A DNA stretch of 64,000 bases from Thermoplasmatota archaeon (GTDB lineage Archaea; Thermoplasmatota; Penumbrarchaeia; Penumbrarchaeales; Penumbrarchaeaceae). The stretch covers positions 5,184 through 69,183 of the forward strand of contig JBLIRG010000002.1 in assembly GCA_049472195.1 (NCBI GenBank). Reading direction: 5' to 3'. The translations under genes and the position numbers were made by a program. Each line of letters starts with the position of its first letter. Position 1 is the first letter of the stretch. This document shows, piece after piece, positions 38,460 through 47,042 of this stretch. Under the pieces are notes generated by a model. The model worked only from the letters and a program-made list of their open reading frames with translations. It made no database searches and was not told the DNA's origin.

Positions 38460-39341
38460 CTACCACCTGCCGAGTTTCTCCATCTCGGATCTGATCATCT
38501 GATAATATCCCGACGCTGCCTGTCTTGCCGACTCTCCCAAACTGCCGCCGTCATTCTGGAAAGCGAACATTATCCCCCGTGATACGTTTATCAGGACACC
38601 GCTGCCGGAGATATCGGTTCCGTACTCCAGGACCGGACGGAGATCACCCCCCTGCGCTCCCACACCCGGAACGAGTATGGGCATGTCGAATCCCACGGCT
38701 TCCCTGATCCTCTTCAGCTCCTCCGGGAACGTGGCTCCGACCACAAGTCCCAGATTGTCATTATCGTTCCAGCCCTTGATGATCCTTGCCATTCGAAGAT
38801 ACAGAGGTTCCCCGTCCATTTCGAGATCCTGTATCTCCGATGCAGCCTGGTTGGAGGTCCTGCAGAGGACGAAAACGAGTTTTTCAGGATCCGCTGAGAA
38901 CGGAATCACGGCATCCTTTCCCATGTAGGCGTTAACCGTGATGGAGTCGGCTTTCATCGAGTCGAAGGCGGCGGATGCGTAAGCCTTCGAGGTGTTTCCG
39001 ATATCTCCTCTCTTTGCATCCAGGATCACTATTGAACCGGGTGCTTCCTCCCGGATCATTCTCACCGTATCATGGAGAGCCCTTATTCCTTCCGGCCCCT
39101 CTTTTTCGTAGAAGGCCAGGTTCGGTTTGTACGCCGCCGCAAGGTCGCTGGTTGCACTGACGATCTCCCTGTTGATCCCGACCTGTCCTCCCAGGTCCCG
39201 GATCAGGTCGGAAGGAAATCTCCCGAGGTCTGTATCCAACCCGACGCAGAGCAGCGTTTTTCTAACGTCAATGCTTCGGCGCAGTTTCTGCTTCCAGGGC
39301 ATGTTCATGTCAACAACCGGGGTGAATATAGTTTTTCCCAT
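38460..39341 (-). CDS. pyrF: Orotidine-5'-phosphate decarboxylase (type 2)
   Basis: LCVGLD, YKPNLAFYE, LDAKRGDIGNT, LCRTSN, LVVGAT, LVPGVGAQGG and NVSRGI motifs. The start may be 39308. Confidence 0.93.
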   Translation of the reverse strand: MGKTIFTPVVDMNMPWKQKLRRSIDVRKTLLCVGLDTDLGRFPSDLIRDLGGQVGINREIVSATSDLAAAYKPNLAFYEKEGPEGIRALHDTVRMIREEAPGSIVILDAKRGDIGNTSKAYASAAFDSMKADSITVNAYMGKDAVIPFSADPEKLVFVLCRTSNQAASEIQDLEMDGEPLYLRMARIIKGWNDNDNLGLVVGATFPEELKRIREAVGFDMPILVPGVGAQGGDLRPVLEYGTDISGSGVLINVSRGIMFAFQNDGGSLGESARQAASGYYQMIRSEMEKLGRW

Positions 39342-39407
39342 TTGATTATTCCCGGTCCGAAAATCGGATAGTCCGTAGAATATGGTAACTACCGAGAAAA
39401 TCGTTAT

Positions 39408-40880
39408 ATGGATATCCGGAATTTACAGTATATGGACGCAGGGGATATCAGAAAGACCAAGATCATCGGTTCCGTCGGACCATCCTGCGGGGATCCCGAA
39501 ACGATCGGATCGATGGTGGATTCGGGCATGGATGTAGTGAGATTGAACTTCTCCCATTCGGATGGGGATTGGCACAAGAGAACGTTCAACATGCTTAGGG
39601 ACGTTTCTCGGGATATCGCGATCCTCTGCGATATCCAGGGACCTAAGATCAGATGCGGCAGGATGTCATCTCCGTTCAGGATCAATCCGGGAGACACGGT
39701 CGGGATCACATCCAGGGATGTCCCGGGAACCAAGGAGATGTTCACGGTCAGCTACCCGCATCTCGAGGAGGACCTGGTCGCCGGGGATGAGATATTCATA
39801 AACGACGGGCTCGTGAAGTTAAGGGTGATTGAAAATCTCGGCGACCATCTGGCATGCATCGCGGAGAGGGGGGGAATGGTATCCGATAGAAAGGGATGCA
39901 ATATCCCGAGCGGCAACCTCACAATCTCGACTCCCACAGAGAAGGATATCAGGGACCTTGAGGTCATATCGGGTCTGGATCCGGAGTTCGTTGCGGTGTC
40001 GTTTGTGAACACTCCGGAGGATACCAAAGAGGTCAGGGACGCATTGAATGGATTTGGTAATGACCGAATCAAGCTCATCTCCAAGATAGAGAGGCCGAGG
40101 GCCCTTCAGAATCTCGACGGCATCATAAAAGCGTCGGAAGGCGTGATGGTCGCCCGCGGTGACCTGGGAGTGGAGATTCCCCCGTATGAAGTGCCGGCCG
40201 TCCAGAAAGATGTGATAAAGAGATGCAACCGGGAGGGAAAGATGGCGGTGGTGGCGACTCAAATGCTCGATTCCATGGTCAACAACACCATACCCACCAG
40301 GGCGGAGGCCAACGATGTTTTCAATGCGGTTCTTGACGGTGCGGATGCGCTGATGCTGTCCAACGAGACATCCGTTGGGAAGTATCCGGTGGAGTCTGTA
40401 AAGACCATGAGCGAGATCCTCCGGAGGGCCGAGAAGATGATGCCCGGGAGGGATCCCGAGTATTACGACTCGGAGAGTCCGACGATGATCGAGGCAATGG
40501 GACATGGATGTTACACTCTGGCATCGCAGTTCGAACAGATGGGATATTCGGGAAGGATACTGGCGATAACCGACACCGGCTATTCGGCGAGGATGATCTC
40601 CAAATACCGGCCGGACCTCACCATAATCGGGCTGACATCCAACGAGAGGACCGCACGGGAGCTGAGGATGATCTGGGGGGTCCTTCCGCTTCATTCCGAA
40701 GGGATCTCGGGGTCGGATATCGAGGAGAAGGTCCACAGCGGTCTGATCCGATCGATATCGGAAGGGCTCCTTTCCGACGGTGATCATGCGATCGTGGTGC
40801 TCAGCTCGCTGAGGACAGGGGATAACGGTTTCTACTCCGCGATCTACGACCTATCCGAGTTCATGAGACTGCACCTATAG
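39408..40880 (+). CDS. pyk: Pyruvate kinase
   Basis: KTKIIGSVGP, RLNFSH, DIQGPKIR, SKIERP, MVARGDLGVE, ATQMLDSM and MLSNET motifs. Confidence 0.96.
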   Translation: MDIRNLQYMDAGDIRKTKIIGSVGPSCGDPETIGSMVDSGMDVVRLNFSHSDGDWHKRTFNMLRDVSRDIAILCDIQGPKIRCGRMSSPFRINPGDTVGITSRDVPGTKEMFTVSYPHLEEDLVAGDEIFINDGLVKLRVIENLGDHLACIAERGGMVSDRKGCNIPSGNLTISTPTEKDIRDLEVISGLDPEFVAVSFVNTPEDTKEVRDALNGFGNDRIKLISKIERPRALQNLDGIIKASEGVMVARGDLGVEIPPYEVPAVQKDVIKRCNREGKMAVVATQMLDSMVNNTIPTRAEANDVFNAVLDGADALMLSNETSVGKYPVESVKTMSEILRRAEKMMPGRDPEYYDSESPTMIEAMGHGCYTLASQFEQMGYSGRILAITDTGYSARMISKYRPDLTIIGLTSNERTARELRMIWGVLPLHSEGISGSDIEEKVHSGLIRSISEGLLSDGDHAIVVLSSLRTGDNGFYSAIYDLSEFMRLHL

Positions 40881-41001
40881 TACACGACCCGAGGAAATCG
40901 GACGCAGTTTCTATTTCAAATAAATTTGAAACCACAAACGTTATAACCCGTGCCCGCATATACTGTTTCAAAAAAGTTTGAAACGGTTGGAGGTAACGGG
41001 C

Positions 41002-42069
41002 ATGATGGATGTGATCCTTGGATCTCTCGGAAGCGGTCTTGACGCTCTGGTGGATTACGTGACAGAGCATACGCTGACCTGCCTCATCCCTGCTCTTTTC
41101 ATCGCCGGCGCCATAGCGGCGTTCGTCAAGAAGGATGCCATTTTGAAGTACTTCGGTCCCGATGTGAAGAAGTACATCTCATACCCGCTGGCATCCGTGT
41201 CGGGAGTGGTTCTGGCCGTTTGCAGCTGTACGATACTGCCCCTCTTCGCCGGATTGTACAAAAAGGGATCCGGAATAGGTCCAGCCGTGTCATTCCTGTA
41301 CGCGGGTCCGGCCATCAACGTCCTGGCAATAGTATATACCGCCAGCGTCCTCGGATATGATCTGGGGGCTGCCCGGGCCGTTATCGCTGTCTTCATGTCG
41401 GTCGTGATCGGTCTGTCAATGTCTTTTCTCTTCCGCGGAGAGACGGAAAAAAGGTCGATGGAAGCTCCGGTGTTGAGGCTTCCAGTGGTTCAGAGAAATC
41501 GGCCTGGATGGGTGATTCCGGCCTTCTTCACATCATTGCTGCTGATCCTCGTGATCGGCGCCTCGAGGCTGGATTGGATGATCAAATTCCCGGTTGTATA
41601 TCTGCTTACGATAGTGATCGGCCTCCTTCTTATCTATCATTTCAGCCGCGATGAGGTGACGGACTGGGGTATGGAGACCTGGGACCTCACGAAGAAGATC
41701 GGGCCGATCCTGGTGATCGGCGCATTCGTCGTTGGAGTCATTGCATACTTCCTCCCTCCCGAGACGTTCCAGCCTTATCTGGGAAATGAGGGCATAGCTG
41801 CGAACGTCCTTGCGTCGATGATCGGGGCATTGCTTTACATGCCCACCCTTCTGGAGGTGCCCATTATCGGGACGACATTCGGCTACGAGGAAGGCCTAAT
41901 GGGATCGGGACCCGCGCTCGCGCTTCTTCTTGCCGGTCCCGCGGTGAGCCTACCCAATATGGTGGTCCTGTGGAGGATTATAGGTGCCAGGAAAACCGTT
42001 GCATACATAATGCTTGTAGTCGTTATATCTTCGGCAGCGGGTCTGGTTTACGGGAATCTCATCGTATAA
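41002..42069 (+). CDS. Permease (DUF318/ArsP family)
   Basis: LAVCSCTILPLFAGL, FLYAGPAIN and ALLLAGPAVSLP motifs. GGAGGT SD before ATG 41002. Confidence 0.88.
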   Translation: MMDVILGSLGSGLDALVDYVTEHTLTCLIPALFIAGAIAAFVKKDAILKYFGPDVKKYISYPLASVSGVVLAVCSCTILPLFAGLYKKGSGIGPAVSFLYAGPAINVLAIVYTASVLGYDLGAARAVIAVFMSVVIGLSMSFLFRGETEKRSMEAPVLRLPVVQRNRPGWVIPAFFTSLLLILVIGASRLDWMIKFPVVYLLTIVIGLLLIYHFSRDEVTDWGMETWDLTKKIGPILVIGAFVVGVIAYFLPPETFQPYLGNEGIAANVLASMIGALLYMPTLLEVPIIGTTFGYEEGLMGSGPALALLLAGPAVSLPNMVVLWRIIGARKTVAYIMLVVVISSAAGLVYGNLIV

Positions 42070-42083
42070 CGGAGGTCGGAAAC

Positions 42084-42317
42084 ATGAAGAGGATAGAGAT
42101 ATTGGGCACTGGCTGTGCAAAATGCAATCGTCTGGAGAGGAACGTCAGAAAAGCCGTTGAAAAGGCCGGTATAAAGGCGAAGATATTGAAGATATCGAAG
42201 ATAGAGGATATAATGGAGAGAGGTGTGATGATCACTCCGGGTCTGGTGGTCGACGGAGTGGTGGTCGCATCGGGGAGCGTACCTGCCGTCGACGATATCG
42301 TCGATATCCTGAAATGA
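42084..42317 (+). CDS. Small redox-active thioredoxin-family protein
   Basis: IEILGTGCAKC and MITPGLVVDG motifs. Usual partner of DUF318 permeases. GGAGGT SD. Confidence 0.88.
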   Translation: MKRIEILGTGCAKCNRLERNVRKAVEKAGIKAKILKISKIEDIMERGVMITPGLVVDGVVVASGSVPAVDDIVDILK

Positions 42318-42359
42318 AACCCTCATGAGCATATTATGTGTTGCCTATAACAAATGGTG

Positions 42360-42386
42360 AAGATTCAGCGAATCCAGCTGAATCTT
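42360..42386. terminator. Perfect 10-bp hairpin between convergent genes
   Basis: aagattcagc, loop gaatcca, gctgaatctt. Confidence 0.5.
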
Positions 42387-42553
42387 TAAAATAAGAATAA
42401 GGGGTGGGATCCGGGTGTGTATGGTGTGTGTTTGCGTGGGGGGAGAAGCGATCCTATTCCAATAGGGTTTTGGATGAACCGGATCCCATGGATCGTTTAT
42501 CGATCGGATGTATCAATATTTCCGGGAATACGGCCTCTCCGCCATCATTTATC

Positions 42554-42814
42554 TCAGGACGCCTGGCCCTCTTTGGGTTCGTGAGAGCATGTGATATACT
42601 GGATCACGGGAACCCCGTTGAACGAGATGTACTTCTTCTTCCTGCCCGTTTTCGATATATCCAGCTCAACCACCTCGATCTCCGATCTCTCGGCCCCTGT
42701 CAGGATCATCCTCAGGGTCCTCGGGGAGAGTTTTATCCTCTTGGGATTGGTGATTATCAGTATCTTCCTCATCTTGTCGACGATGCGGGATTCCCTCTCC
42801 ATCCTAATATTCAT
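42554..42814 (-). CDS. Small basic hypothetical protein (86 aa)
   Basis: GGAGG lies 6 nt upstream of ATG 42814, and the ORF overlaps the stop of the upstream acidic ORF. Confidence 0.5.
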   Translation of the reverse strand: MNIRMERESRIVDKMRKILIITNPKRIKLSPRTLRMILTGAERSEIEVVELDISKTGRKKKYISFNGVPVIQYITCSHEPKEGQAS

Positions 42815-42962
42815 CGTCATCCTCCTCCTCGATTTCAAGCACTTTCTGGATCGCCCAGAGGTTCTCGTAGGCTTCCTCCACGAACTCGTCGAGTTCGGGA
42901 TGTTCCCTGAGCAGATCAAAGAGATCCGCCCGCATCGCCGCGACCTTCTCAATCTCTTCCAT
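42804..42962 (-). CDS. Small acidic hypothetical protein (52 aa)
   Basis: AGGAGAAGTGA SD; sequence MEEIEKVAAMRADLFDLLREHPELDEFVEEAYENLWAIQKVLEIEEEDDDEY. Confidence 0.55.
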   Translation of the reverse strand: MEEIEKVAAMRADLFDLLREHPELDEFVEEAYENLWAIQKVLEIEEEDDDEY

Positions 42963-43346
42963 TGTTTCACTTCTCCTTTCCTTTTCGATCCGAATGGATC
43001 GGCTGAACAACGATCTTTCCGGATCGGGATTTTTCTTAGGTGTTCATCGCTCCGCTGTCGTTTCGGCAACGTTTGACGAAATAATACTTATTTGATATTA
43101 TATATAAAAAATGCGGTTAAAAGATAAAAATATTAAATAATACAGCTGGCGGGCGGTATAATCGACTTGCCCCATTTTTCCGGTTCATTCCCATGGAGGT
43201 CGAGAGTTTTCCGAAATTGTGTATATCATTCAAAAAACAGATTATTTATTTGTTGCGGTTTATCGATCGAATCGATCATCACATGAACATGTCACTGTCC
43301 CCTGTTTTCGACAATTCTTATTTATCCAACCCGGACTGGATATACC

Positions 43347-44054
43347 ATGAAAATACGGGCGAAAACCTTGATAACTGCTGTCCTGTGCATCGTCCTGATC
43401 CTGATGATGGCAGCGGGATCACTGATATACCTGCTTACGGGTGATTCTGATGATCGTGGGAATATGAGCGGTCTCGATCCAGGTCCGATCGAGCTTGGCA
43501 GCGTGGAAGTGGAGGAATACAACGGCACCAAACTCGGATCGACGGAGGACTTTCAGGAGAACTCGATAAAGGGGCCGCAGGAGGTAGATATCGGGTCCTA
43601 CACTTTGAACATAACCGGCCTTGTCGAGGAGGAATTGTCGGTTTCATACGGTGATCTTCTCACCGATTTCAAGCACTACCGAAAGGTGGTTACGATTAAA
43701 TGCGTGATGGGCTGGAGCGTGACGATCCTTTGGGACGGACTGCTCGTGAGGGATTTGATCGATAGGGCAGATCCGATGGATTCCGGGAAGACACTGATAT
43801 TCAAGGCCGTTGACGGATACACCACTTCGCTTCCGATCGAATTTTTCTACGATAATGATATTCTAATGGCCTACGGGATGAACAACGTGACCCTGTCCCC
43901 GGAGAGGGGATTCCCGTTTCAGCTTGTGGCTGAGATGAAGTGGGGCTACAAGTGGATCAAGTGGATAGATGAGATCGAGGTAAGCGACGATATCGATTAC
44001 AAGGGATACTGGGAGGAGCGGGGATTCGACAACGATGCGGATCTCGATCAGTGA
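43347..44054 (+). CDS. Molybdopterin-dependent oxidoreductase (sulfite oxidase/MsrP-like) with N-terminal membrane anchor
   Basis: IKCVMGWS, ERGFPFQLV, WGYKWIKWI and GYWEERG motifs. Confidence 0.88.
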   Translation: MKIRAKTLITAVLCIVLILMMAAGSLIYLLTGDSDDRGNMSGLDPGPIELGSVEVEEYNGTKLGSTEDFQENSIKGPQEVDIGSYTLNITGLVEEELSVSYGDLLTDFKHYRKVVTIKCVMGWSVTILWDGLLVRDLIDRADPMDSGKTLIFKAVDGYTTSLPIEFFYDNDILMAYGMNNVTLSPERGFPFQLVAEMKWGYKWIKWIDEIEVSDDIDYKGYWEERGFDNDADLDQ

Positions 44055-44157
44055 TTCGATCCCGGGTAAAATGACATTTATTTGGCTTGAACATTTTTAG
44101 GTTTGCATCGCAAACTATTTTATACTGCAAACGGAATCATCCCGTGAAAGTGATCAT

Positions 44158-44736
44158 ATGTCTTCGAAACACGAAATGGATAAGATAGAGGCACGCCTCT
44201 TTGCTACCTATTTTCAGGACGGGATGTGGGATGTCATGATCGGGTGGATGCTGATAGTAACCGGAGTGAGATCCTTCATAGACCACTGGTCGATATCATT
44301 TCTGATATTCGCAGGTGTCATTCTGGCAGTATTCATCAGAAAATACGTGACCGTTCGGAGGCTGGGCTATGCCAAGTTCGGAAACGAAAGGAGAAGGAAG
44401 AGGAAGAAGATCCTTATCCTTGTCATCGGAGCGAATCTCCTGACGCTCCTGATCCTTCTTGTCACAATTCTGGGGATCGGATCTGCACCGGGGATATTCG
44501 GATTAGTCATCGCCTTAACGGTTCTGATCATCTTCTCGGCCGTGGCATATATGATGAATTATCCGAGATTCGCTCTATGGGGCATATTGTTTTCGGGCTG
44601 CATACTGGTAACCGAGATAGCAGGGTCGGATCCCGGAAAGTACTTTTTCCTAGTTATCGGAACAGCAGTATTGATCACGGGAATTATCTATTTCATGAGC
44701 TTCCTTCGGAAATATCCGGCTGTTACCGGGGGGTGA
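44158..44736 (+). CDS. Hypothetical polytopic membrane protein
   Basis: About 6 TMs, with YFQDGMWD near the N-terminus. Coupled to the downstream regulator. Confidence 0.75.
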   Translation: MSSKHEMDKIEARLFATYFQDGMWDVMIGWMLIVTGVRSFIDHWSISFLIFAGVILAVFIRKYVTVRRLGYAKFGNERRRKRKKILILVIGANLLTLLILLVTILGIGSAPGIFGLVIALTVLIIFSAVAYMMNYPRFALWGILFSGCILVTEIAGSDPGKYFFLVIGTAVLITGIIYFMSFLRKYPAVTGG

Positions 44737-44740
44737 AAGA

Positions 44741-45058
44741 GTGCCTCTCAAAAATAAAACGGCGATCGGATGGTCGGTGGATGATATTGACAGGATGGTG
44801 CACGAACCGGCGAGATATCAGATCCTTTCGATCCTCTATGTCCTCGAAAAAGCGGATTTTCGGTTCATAATGACCCACACGGGCTTGACAAAAGGCAACC
44901 TCTCATCACATATGTCCAAATTGGAAGATGCGGATTATATACTGATCATGAAGGATTTCGTGGGAAGGAAACCACATACGATGATGAGGATGACCAAGAA
45001 AGGCAAAACCGCATTTGAGAACTACCGGAAGATCATGAAAAGGATCCTTTCAGGTTAG
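44741..45058 (+). CDS. Winged-helix transcriptional regulator (HTH_34/MarR-ArsR-like)
   Basis: VHEPARYQIL, LTKGNLSSHMSKLE..YI and GRKPHT..RMTKKG motifs. Confidence 0.88.
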   Translation: MPLKNKTAIGWSVDDIDRMVHEPARYQILSILYVLEKADFRFIMTHTGLTKGNLSSHMSKLEDADYILIMKDFVGRKPHTMMRMTKKGKTAFENYRKIMKRILSG

Positions 45059-45090
45059 AAGTTATCGTGGACTATTTCATTATATCGAAA

Positions 45091-45627
45091 TCAGGCGGAT
45101 ACAGCCAGATCCCGTAAATGATCGATATCGGGATTTCTTTTTCCTTCGGCAACCAGAATGAAATTTACATCAACGAGCACGGGTTTGTCTATCAGATAAT
45201 CCTGGTAAACAGTCCTCAGAACATCATAATAGGCTCTGGCCGTTGTATGATTGGGTGCGGAGAACCTCAGGATCCAGTCGAATTCTCCGTTAACCTGGAA
45301 AGCATCGATGAGCCTGATGTTCCTTTTTCCCGGTTCGTTGTTCTTAATTCTTCGTATGACGATATCTGCCATGCTGTCCGTCATGGGTTTCGTTTTCATG
45401 AGGACGAGGAAGATCCTCTTATTCAGTTTGTTCTCGTCTATTACAGCAGTATAGCCCCAGATGATCTTTTCATCTTCCAGATATTTCTTCTTCCTCCAAA
45501 TGGTCTGCCTGTAACAATTCAACCTTCTTGCCATTTCCCTCATGCTGGTCATGGGATCATCCAGAAGAAGATCTAGAATATCATCCAACTCGACCTTTTT
45601 TTTACCAATGGTATTATTGTATGCCAA
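45091..45627 (-). CDS. Lrp/AsnC-family transcriptional regulator
   Basis: HTH SMREMARRL and IWGYTAVIDE, followed by a C-terminal RAM-like domain (GEFDWIL). Confidence 0.85.
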   Translation of the reverse strand: MAYNNTIGKKKVELDDILDLLLDDPMTSMREMARRLNCYRQTIWRKKKYLEDEKIIWGYTAVIDENKLNKRIFLVLMKTKPMTDSMADIVIRRIKNNEPGKRNIRLIDAFQVNGEFDWILRFSAPNHTTARAYYDVLRTVYQDYLIDKPVLVDVNFILVAEGKRNPDIDHLRDLAVSA

Positions 45628-45726
45628 AAATAAGCCACCTGTTGCAAGTTTAATTCACATAAACATATATTGGTAATAAGATATTAATGTTTCAGATAGA
45701 TCTGGGCTGAAACCTGCTGGAGGGAT

Positions 45727-46425
45727 GTGAAAATGGACAGGATCGATGAGAACGGAAGCGTGAGGTCTGAGAAGATCTCCGGACCGGATATGGCCGGGGA
45801 ACAGATACTGAGTATCATCGAACGGGGAGTAGACGCTTGGAACGCATGGAGAATGGAGAATCTCGATATGGAGATTCAGATGAGCGGCATTGATCTGTCG
45901 GGCAGAGAGCTTTCCGGTATCAACCTGTTGAATGCAAACCTGACACATGCGGATCTTTCCGGATGCGATCTATCATTCGCTGATCTGCGCAATACGGATC
46001 TATCAAAAACCGATATTCGAAATTCCAACCTTTCAAATGCTGATCTGAGCTTATCGGATCTCACCGGGGCCGTATTGGCGGGATCCAATATGAAAAAAGC
46101 TCTGTTGCTGGATGTCAGGGCCCATGGGTGCGATTTCAGGAATGTTGATTTGAGCGGTGCCTGGCTTATCAGAGCGGACATCCGCAGCAGCGATCTGAAC
46201 GGATCCAAATTGATCAAGGCCCGCCTTGATCATGCCGATCTCAGAGACTCCAATTTGGGATCATCGGATCTCAGGTTCTCAAGTATGTGTAATACCGATA
46301 TCCGCGGAACGGACCTCGGCAATGCCAACATGTATGGAGTGGATACTTCACAGCTGATACGTCTTGGATGGGAGCTCGACGGTGTCAGATCCTTACCCCT
46401 GGTCATTGCCGCAGGCAGAAAATAG
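45727..46425 (+). CDS. Pentapeptide-repeat protein
   Basis: GVDAWNAWR followed by about 25 A(D/N)Lxx-type pentapeptides. Confidence 0.9.
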   Translation: MKMDRIDENGSVRSEKISGPDMAGEQILSIIERGVDAWNAWRMENLDMEIQMSGIDLSGRELSGINLLNANLTHADLSGCDLSFADLRNTDLSKTDIRNSNLSNADLSLSDLTGAVLAGSNMKKALLLDVRAHGCDFRNVDLSGAWLIRADIRSSDLNGSKLIKARLDHADLRDSNLGSSDLRFSSMCNTDIRGTDLGNANMYGVDTSQLIRLGWELDGVRSLPLVIAAGRK

Positions 46426-46500
46426 ATGGATAGGGTTTCGCAGGTGAAATTATCGCTGATCTGCGTTCGATCGATTACTTAGAAGAATGTAGATAAGAAG

Positions 46501-46539
46501 GCGGAGGGATCGGTACTCCCGACCAAGGGATCCCTCCGC
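46501..46539. repeat. Perfect 11-bp inverted repeat (hairpin) in a long intergenic region
   Basis: gcggagggatc (46501-46511) and gatccctccgc (46529-46539). Confidence 0.7.
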
Positions 46540-46723
46540 GGAGCCGGGTGGGTGGAAAAAAAATGGGGAAGTTTTGAGCTTAGTGATATCGTGGTGGGGA
46601 CCACCCGTCTCATTTGAAAAATAAGAAATAGAATATAAATAAAGATTTTTCATGAATTTTCCTAGGTTATAATGATTTTGCTCGATATATATGGAAGATA
46701 ATAATTGAATGGACACTCCAATA

Positions 46724-46737
46724 GGTCACCGGTGACC
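46724..46737. promoter_or_regulatory. Perfect 14-bp palindrome, candidate operator
   Basis: GGTCACCGGTGACC sits in an AT-rich region about 300 bp upstream of paralog 3. Function is inferred. Confidence 0.35.
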
Positions 46738-47042
46738 ATCATCGGAGATTTTATTGAAATAAGAAGTCTCATAATTAGAAGGTGGATGGAGTTTTCATCC
46801 GGTTCATCGAAGATAAAACAAGTTTTCCTCAGAGATGATGTTATCCTTGTCCAGTTCAATAATTTGATGGACCCCCGGACCGAATTTTTCTTTCAAAGGA
46901 CTTTTTTAAAAAGGCGAGGTATAAATACATGGAAAAAACCATGCCAATACCCATTAATAAAGCTCGAGGACTGGAATCAAATATTGGTAATATTGTGGAT
47001 TAACCGATCAATGGACCGGTTAGCATGTCTGGGGTGTTCAAA

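Noticed and set aside
43255-43285. Short GATC/ATCGAT/GGATCC palindromic clusters as regulatory sites
   Set aside because: These words are abundant throughout coding and non-coding DNA here, so they appear to be a genome signature rather than local elements.
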